In this document: positions 55,621 to 64,000 of the stretch, piece by piece | Layout: each line of letters starts with the position of its first letter | Numbering within the stretch: position 1 is the first letter of the stretch | Source of the DNA: Syncephalis fuscata S228 | Lineage: Eukaryota; Fungi; Zoopagomycota | DNA: 64,000 nucleotides | Direction: 5' to 3' | Assembly (NCBI GenBank): GCA_025786725.1 | Contig: JAHLTZ010000015.1 | Location: forward strand, 310,001 to 374,000 | Made by a program: the position numbers and the translations under genes | The notes under the pieces: generated by a model | What the model was told of the DNA's origin: nothing | What the model saw: the letters and a program-made list of their open reading frames with translations, nothing else | The model's database searches: none

Positions 55621-56341
55621 TTACAGATAATTATAAATATATATGTAAATTCCCATTATTTTCCAAGTAATAAATAATATTACGTTGAAGTTTTAATAGC
55701 TACGATCATTAGTGAGTGAAAATTATTATGATCTAGGCTAAAGATAGTATTTCTATACTAGTAAATAAACGCAGGTTGCTTTATTTAATATTCATAGCTT
55801 TTTTAAAAGCAAGCTATTGTTTTTTATTTATGCTTAAGTGTTTCATACTGCTTTATGTTTATAGTTTGCATAATGATACAGGTTTAAATTGGGTCGTTAA
55901 AACTTTAGGATTGGTAAACAATTTTTTATTCATAACTAATCAGCTAATTTGGTGCAATATTGATGCCCACTGTTCCGCACAATATCTAAAGTTTCTAATG
56001 ATCATTACAACTAACCAGCTCTCTCTTTCCATTCTTTAAAGTTTTTATGTTTTAAGTTATTTGCAATATGCTATAATTTTTTGACTATTGCGGACAGCTA
56101 ATACTTTGTTTACATAGTTGTACTAGCTAATAGTGCTACAAATATACTGCACAAAACTTTTTTCTAATTACATAGATTTGGATTTTGGTAAAATGACAAA
56201 AAAATGATTTACATCAGCAGTCATATAATTTCACCGTCTTTCATTACTTGTGTTATAATGCTAACATTTTAAGCAGCAACCTGTAACTAGTGCATATAAC
56301 TCATTTATTGCGTCAAAAATATCGCCTATTGTTATTTCACT

Positions 56342-58230
56342 ATGTCCGACATCAAAGTGACGTTGACTGATTACGGTATTAATACGCGTGACTTCTGAAA
56401 CATAGTATTAATAAATTAATCGTTGAATAATAAGCTGTAAAATTTATCTACAAGTTAACCAATTATCATAACGTAGCTTTACTATAATCGATGCCATTAG
56501 TATTTACAACACTAAATCCAAATGAATTCGGCAATGGAACGATAGTTGAAAGTACGTGCAGCTTACCGGTTACTAGTTTGATAAATAATAATTTATGTAA
56601 AAAAGTTTTGGTTGTAGCTAAAGATACAACTTTGGCCAAGGATACTGATGTTGTGATAGCAACCAAACCTTGCTCGGATATTTTTTTAACACAACATTGT
56701 GTACAGCCAGTATTTCCCAATAATTTTGATTCAAAAGTACATTTTCATTTAGCAACACAAGACACAAAGCTACATCCATTGGTTGCCACATTCTTTTCAT
56801 TTAGTAATGAAAATATAGCCTAACATTCCACTTGGGCTCATCCAGGAGTCTTGATAGTTACAGTCTCGTCGTTTGTGCGTCATTTAGATATTTAGACGCT
56901 CAATCAGCTATTGGTTTGCTCGCACAAAATTTAGCAACAAATGAGTAAAATGTGCTGCACAAAAATAGCAATATAAAACATTTTTCAACAGCGGCTGTTA
57001 AAAAAGATTTGACTTTTGTATTTCACTCGATATCATGGGAATCAAGCGGCTATGCTGCTGCCATGTCTAATGCCTATAATGAACGTGTATGGCTTGTTAA
57101 ATATTTGGAAAAGATCCTAATCCGCCGGTAAGATGGACGGATGATGCCATTATAAAAGTCTAAGATACTAATGGTAGCAAGTGTACAATTACTATAAATG
57201 AACACCATTGTAATTATTGCAACTCTATTGATATAGGCTGGCATGCTATTCATGCATGTTTTTGTTTTGTCGTACAACGCCCATGAATAAAATTTTTATT
57301 GCAGCCACATACAAAAGTACTTAATGGCGTACTTTTATGCATTGCAGGTGGTTGCAATAAACAAATAGCGGCAATTGCCTACGAATCATTTAATGCAGGG
57401 CTAAATGGCACTAGATTACAGATTCGCACACCATTAACAAAACATAATGTTAGCTTAAAAGAAATACCAGCAATAGTAAAGTGCTTTGGTAGCCGCGCTC
57501 TAGTTAAAACGCCCTACTCTAACTCGAGTGCGTAATTTTTATAAGTAGCAACGAATAATTATATAAATACATAACTAAATTGAATAGGCAAAGGAGTGTA
57601 TACCATTAGCAATCAATGTGAGCTAGACGTGTTTATAGCAATGAAGCATAGGTATGAGATTTTTATTGTTCAATCGCTTATTGGCAACGTTAAATGGTTT
57701 TCTCATACGTCCGAACGATGCACCTATCGCGTTGGCACTGTACCTGACAAAGACAACAATAAATACGTGTACGATCTGCGAGTTATGATTATCGGCGATG
57801 AACTTGGTTATAGACCAATTGCCTACTTTGCACGACGTGCTCATAAGCTACTATTAAACTGTTTAGAGAATAGTTCCAATGGTAATCATCTAATTATCTA
57901 ATTATTCCAATGATTAAACTAATCATTATATTCTAGTTGACTCTTGGGAAATGCTCGGTACTAACACTTAACCTAACGACAACAGTGGCCGGTGGCTCTT
58001 TTGCCGATGAACCATTTTGTATTATTCAAGCGGATAAAAAAGAATTTTTACTATTAGGCATGGATCTTAACAATCTAGTTGATGCTTACATTCAAACTGT
58101 CCTTAGTGTAACAGCTATAGATAAGGTGTGCTAAAAATTTATTCATCAAAAGTAATACATTTGATTTTGATATTTTCTGCATATTTAATCCAGATGGAAT
58201 CTTGTTATCTGAAATTATTAGGAAATGACA
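56342..58230 (+). pseudogene. Decayed ATP-grasp-fold protein gene
   Basis: Fragments ALVKTPYSNS/GQGVYTI, FIVQSLIGN, VGTVPDK...YVYDLRVM and LVDAYIQTVLSVTAIDK follow ATP-grasp motif order. Many stops at 56820-57300. Ends approximate. Confidence 0.62.
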
Positions 58231-58402
58231 TTAATAAATAGCTGTTTGAAAAACAATTAGCATATTACTACAATCTATATATTATTATATGGCTACTAAT
58301 GAGTTTTATTGTATTTTAAATGCAATATACTAATATTTACAAAATATACTATTTTTATTTAATTACATAATAATAAAACAATTTATTCATTGGTTGCTAT
58401 TG

Positions 58403-58936
58403 TTAGTCCCATGTACCAGCATAGCGCAAATCATAATTAGTATCAGGGGGTGGACGTAAAGAAGGCGGTAGGTTTTTCGGCATATCCTTGGGCACACGAT
58501 AAGTGGTACGGCGTATTTTAGTTACTACTAGTACATAAATAATTAGTAAAACTAGTATTAAATACTTTTACTTTATTATTTACCTTTTGTTGTAGGTGCG
58601 GGGTGTGCATATCGACATTGTGGGCCATAATGACAATGACCCGTATGTATAAATGTATGACATATTGGACGAGCATCAAAGATGGCACTATAAGGATCAC
58701 GTCCTATAAATACTAATTAATAATATGATTCCGCATAGTTACTAGCCAACCTACCTGACATAATAGCGTCCCAATAGGTACGTCGAACTTGTTGATGTTG
58801 TGCACTCTTCTCGTGTCGTTCTATTGTTCCTGCGTCTGCGGTCATTGCCTTGTCGCAATAGTCGCAGTAATCTTTAAAGTGTTAGCTCCTTTCGCTCATT
58901 GTTAAAACAACGATACTACTTACGTCGTTTACCCAT
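58403..58936 (-). CDS. ZMAT5: U11/U12 snRNP 20 kDa protein (matrin-type + CCCH zinc fingers), four exons, absent from the ORF track
   Basis: Spliced product MGKRHYCDYCDKAM...RHEKSAQH...CHTFIHTGHCHYGPQCRYAH...LPPSLRPPP...WD*, in frame across three GT-AG introns. Confidence 0.88.
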
Positions 58937-59191
58937 TGTAAATCGTTAATAAAATACTTGTGAATGCAAAAGAAAACTATTTGTATTATTTCTGTGTGTA
59001 TTGCACTAGTAGTGTAGTTTAATTAATACAAAAGGTAAATAAAATATTAATTTTCACAATCATTGTAATAAAAGTAGAATCTATCAACTGTACTGAACTA
59101 GTTAGTAAACTTTATCGCCATTATACTAATAGCATTATTATAAGGTATATCATAGTATTTATTTGTGTATATTAAACTATAGAATAAAACG

Positions 59192-62100
59192 CTATTCAAC
59201 GTTAGTACCACGCATTTTCCTGGCTTGTGGTAATCGACCACGACTTTCTCGTTCTTTAGCCATTTTACGCTTCGCCAATACTTTCTTCTTTTCATTATTA
59301 CGAATCTTTTTCAAAGCATGTGCTTCTGGATCGACCATAGCCTAAATAAATAAATAATTTTAATAACTAAATCTATTGCTACTATCCTTTTAATCTATTT
59401 ACCTGTAGGGCACGTTTTGATTTGCGTTCATTACGTTTCTCTTCTGCTCGTTGACGAACCGTTGAATAAGCAGCAAAATAGGCTGTATCGCCTATATGTT
59501 TCTGTAAAAGTGTTAGTAATTCACTCGCCAATTCACGTAATGAACCTAATAATAAAATAATTAGCTATTAATTTGTATAATATAAATATGACCCACCAAA
59601 TTCTTCAGACTTGTTTGTTTCATCGGTCATCGTACGATAGACGGGTAGAATAATAGGCATTAAATAAGGCGACATTTCTGAGGCTGGAATGAAATTCGTC
59701 ATAATAGCAAACCATCGATAAATAAATGTACGCTATAAAGAATTATTAGTATTTATCTATAATATTTAATAATCTATATTACCTGTAGCAGACTTTGGGT
59801 TCTACCCGCATCTAAACGAGCAGCTAATGATAGACGTTTAAATAGACCAAGTAGCTGTTGACCTGTCTTTACATCAGTATTGGCCTCTGTCTCCTCCTCC
59901 GCTTCTTCTTCCTCTTCCTCTTCCTCTTCATTATCCTGAACCGTTGATTTAGATGGTGCATTTAATTTATCTTGGGCGTATAGACAACGAGCAATAAAGA
60001 ATAGATTCTTTACTACTTGTGTACCCATATCATCGGTTATTACAGGGCTTTTCAATTGACGACCCATCGTTAATGATAATGGCTTCAATTGACTTGTTTC
60101 GATCCAAGTAGGTGCATTGGGTAGATTGGTCACTTTTAGTGTAGTAGTGTCTAATTTGCTGAAATACAACCCAAGTAGACGGGCACTTGATAACCGAATC
60201 CATGTATGTGGATATAGTTGCAGTGCGCTAATCTTACGCCATAGCTCAATCGTGGTGGCAGCATAGGTTGTATCGGGGAATTGCTTCACTATCTTTGTAA
60301 ATGTAGATAGTGAAAAGTAGATTAACTCCCAACCTGCTACTTGTGCTTCACTACTTGTAACATCCTCTTCATTGGCATCTATTTGAGCTAAATCCGGTTT
60401 AGTTAGGGCTTCTTCAATATACGGTAACCATTTCCCAATATGTTGATTGGTGCGCTGTCCCAATGATTCAACCATTAGGCCAAATGTTTGTATAGCTGCT
60501 CGTTGCATAGCAAGCGAATCCTTCCTCTCGTACCATTGGACCAACATCTTATGAATATTATTCAGCGATGTTTCATTAACGCGTTTCAATAATACACGAA
60601 TCAATGAACCGGCCATTTCGCGACATTGGCTTGATTCATCGTTAACAAGCGCTAATACCAAGGCAAGCATAAACATTTCCCAATAAGGAGCAAGGAGTGA
60701 TGCATCGAACTTGGTAATGACTGCGTGTAATAGTTCCATGACTGATTCGCGACCACTTTCATGTACATAGGCCAAATTGGAGGCGAGGAAGTTTAGCTGC
60801 GTCTTCATACGCTTATCACCTTGTGGATATTCAAGCAAGAATTGCAGATAGATTTGTCGACATTGTATACGAACTTGGTCGGTTTGACTTGTCACCAGTA
60901 GTTCACGTATCGCATCCATTAAATCGTAGACTTCGGGTGATACGAATTTACGAGCTACCATAGCCCGAATAAGATTAAATGTCGTCGTTTGCTTCTCCGT
61001 CTCTTCAATATCCGGCTTAATCAAATTAACGAGGAATGTTAACTGTACTTCAGACACGGTTACTTGAGGACATTGACGAATAACCACCGTCAATAAACGG
61101 AAACATGATTGTGATAAATCCAATCCGGTATCGGTAGATTTGCTTAATACTTCAAAGGCCCGTTTAACAATGGCTGCACGGCCATTATTAAGACCGTTTA
61201 ATGGTAATGGACATAGAATAGCCAATACTTTAAATGATTGCGCCATGACTGAGGCATGTTGCGAATAAGATGCATTACCAACTGCATCTACTAGCTTATT
61301 AAGCCAGCCTAAGTGTTCCTTGTTATTATGATTGCTAATATCAAATCGATTACGTTTAAAGGCCGTTAACAGCACAGTTAGACCCAGTTCTACAAATCGA
61401 TGAACATTGGCGGCGTAATAGTCTCGTTTCTCTGCATTATCCCGTACAAGTTGTACTTCATAATTTAGATCACGCATTGATTTCTGCTCCCGTATTTGCT
61501 GTTTTGGTAGAGCAATTTTAGCATCAAGGGCAATTAAGCCATGACAAAATTGTACAAGGACATAGGCTTTAAAGTCTGGATTATGACTAATACCCGTTGC
61601 TAATCGAACAAGTATTTGGTCGACCTTCTTCATAACCTTCATACTTGCCGTCTCACTCATAATATCCTTAATGGGCAGTACAAGTTGATCAATGGTGTCA
61701 TAAGGAACAATACGGGCCAGTATCTCGTATGAATCATAACTACGCATACTACGCATTTCCTTGGTCTTTCCGGTTAATTCTTCCGTTTCTTTCTCTTCAC
61801 CAATCGCGCCAAATATATCCTCGACAATAACGCTCATTAATAGATCGAGACATTGTGTTAAATCATTTGGCTTCAATGTTGGTTGTAGATTGGCCAATAG
61901 CGAGTGGAGTGTATAGCCAAGTACATGTCTTTGTGATCCACGCGTCAATGCATTACGTAGCTCAACTACCATGAATCGTAGATAACTAGGACCTAAGAAT
62001 AACGCCAACTTATTAAGTGTATCACGTGTACAATCACGGGCATCTTGTGTTTTATACCGTAATGATTGACATAGAATAACCACTAATCCAGGTAATTGAA

Positions 62101-64000
62101 TACGTAATGATGTTTCGGGTAATTGACGTAATATCTTGGCTAATGATAAGGCCATGGGTACACGCATCCTTACACTTTCTTCATCTTTAGGACGTATAAA
62201 TGTCATTAATTCAGGCAATAGACGTGTAGTCAATAGCGTGTGAATACGCGTGGCCATTTCAACTGGTACAAATGAACCTGAAGAGGCATCCATAAATACA
62301 TCTTCCGCGTCATTTTCTTCCTCCTCTTCATCCACCGTATCATTATCTACTTCTTTATCTTTAGATTCTGGTTCTGGTTCTGGTGCTGGCTCCACTTTAT
62401 ACTTTTTCATCGTGGCTACATTAATATCGACTTCTGCTTTGCTTAAATCAAAGTGGAAATGTTCAAGTGTGGACATCAGTGCACGGACCATAATACGTTC
62501 GATATCCGGTTTTGTCTTAACTGCTCGTAAGAATTTACGTATTTGTCCATAGTAGGCACTCCATGGAATGGATCCAGCTGCTTCACCCACTGTAATAATC
62601 GTGGCATTAATCAGATTGTGATCAGCAATACGATCCGTGTCAAATAAAAAGTGATCTAATAATGGCAAAATAAGCTGAGTGAGGATCATGGCGGATAATC
62701 GACCCTGTTGACACATTTGGCCCAATCGTTGAATAGCACGAATACGTCGATGTAATTGAATATGATAGACATTATGAAGAAAACTTGCTTCTTCGTCACC
62801 ATCGGCTAATAAACAAGTCATACTAGCAAATAGTGGTAATGATGCTAATTGCTGTGTCATATGAGCAAGTACTAACACGGCTTCTTGTCGAACTACTTCA
62901 GCCCGGGTCTTTAAGGCGCGTCTTACACCCGAATAGACAATACGAACGAGTAGTGTTTGCCATGCCGATGATACAGTCGCATCATCTAAATGCAATTTAA
63001 CCTGATCTATAAATCGACGTAATCCATAGGCAGCACTGCCTCGAATGGCCAATTCTTCTGTATCATGCATAGCAAATAAATAACAATAGAGCAGTGGTGT
63101 CCATTGCTGTGTCGACAGTTCAGCGTATAGATGATCATTTACTCGACTGAATGCTGCTAAACGACGCTCAAAATCCGGTTCACCCAATCGTCTACCAGTA
63201 AAAGCGTTTAATTCACCGACAAGTTCGGCCATTGTGGTAAGTGATGGATCGATTTGCGCAAACTTCATCATCACTTCCGCAAGTAGTAGACGGCAATCAC
63301 GCGTGGATAGTCGCGCCAATAATGTAGCAAATTCATTGTAATAACGATTAAATAGAGCGGGCTGTGTACGTAATGCGTCAATTAATGGTAAGAAGCCAAC
63401 AACAATACGAAGAATATCTGCTTTAACATATTCTGGTACATGTCGATTTGGTTTACGCAAGAATGGTACGAGTAACTCGACCAGCTGTTGTACTTGATGT
63501 TCACCATCAACTAGACTTGCCACTCGTGACAAAATACTAATCTCGCGTCTAATTAATGCGGTATCTGATGTTTTATCCGCCGTTTGTCGAACAAGCATAG
63601 TATTGAACTCTACTAATAGCTGTGGTATATAAGGCTTTAGAATACGCCGAGTAAGTGATGAAGCAATATAACTAGCCATTCCTTGTGGTTCATCTACATC
63701 TTTATCAATCAACATAGCATCCAATTCGGGCAAGTCAAGTAACTGTTCAATCAATGTTAATACTGCCGATATCACTGACAATTGAACCTTCTTAGCCGAT
63801 AAACAACTTAGACACTTTGCAATAACTTGATTGTTATAGTCGATCAAATAACTAGCATATTCCGATGTAGATGACCAGGCTACAAACATTTCCAATACCG
63901 CCGATGGTGACTGGGTACTTTCCACGTCAAGTTGTTCAACACGTTCTGATAAAAAGGCTGAAAACATAGCCGGCATGTATTGTTGATAACTTGGCAGTAT
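59192..64000 (-). CDS. UTP20: SSU processome HEAT-repeat protein Utp20, 5' part beyond the right edge
   Basis: GDEEASFLHNVYHIQLHRRIRA, LTRGSQRHVLGYTLHSLL, FLLEYPQG, YVHESGRESVMELL. Three short 3' exons end at a TAG at 59192. Confidence 0.95.

Overview
Eukaryotic (fungal) DNA with short AT-rich spliceosomal introns. Gene style and the lineage-specific families suggest an early-diverging fungus, possibly Zoopagomycota such as Syncephalis (inference, not a database result). Bases 1-29 kb and 58-64 kb hold conserved genes: proteasome alpha PRE6, ubiquitin-S27a, ERB1, a C2H2 protein, EGD2, a J-domain protein, PIN4/Cip2, CBR1, FMC1, CTK3, TLG2, RPC82, ZMAT5 and UTP20. Bases 29-58 kb form an AT-rich accessory region. 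It contains a 1.2 kb foldback element, a decayed F-box gene, a dispersed non-coding repeat family, a small secreted 6-Cys cationic peptide, a decayed ATP-grasp gene, and six full-length plus one remnant copy of an unnamed 7TM GPCR-like receptor. A three-gene island (ArgRS/DALR-like pseudo-enzyme, ALKBH6-like, MRPL7) sits inside it. Main highlights: (1) the receptor copies are mosaics of one another and share a conserved forkhead-like/GATA-like upstream module; (2) a U12-type AT-AC intron in RPC82 together with a U11/U12-20K gene indicates a minor spliceosome; (3) a DALRD3-like degenerate ArgRS lies head-to-head with an AlkB dioxygenase; (4) the RPS31 intron holds a C/D-box-like structured RNA. 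Many 1-bp deletions in essential genes look like assembly errors, so frameshift-only pseudogene calls are unreliable. Exon boundaries and identities were read by eye.
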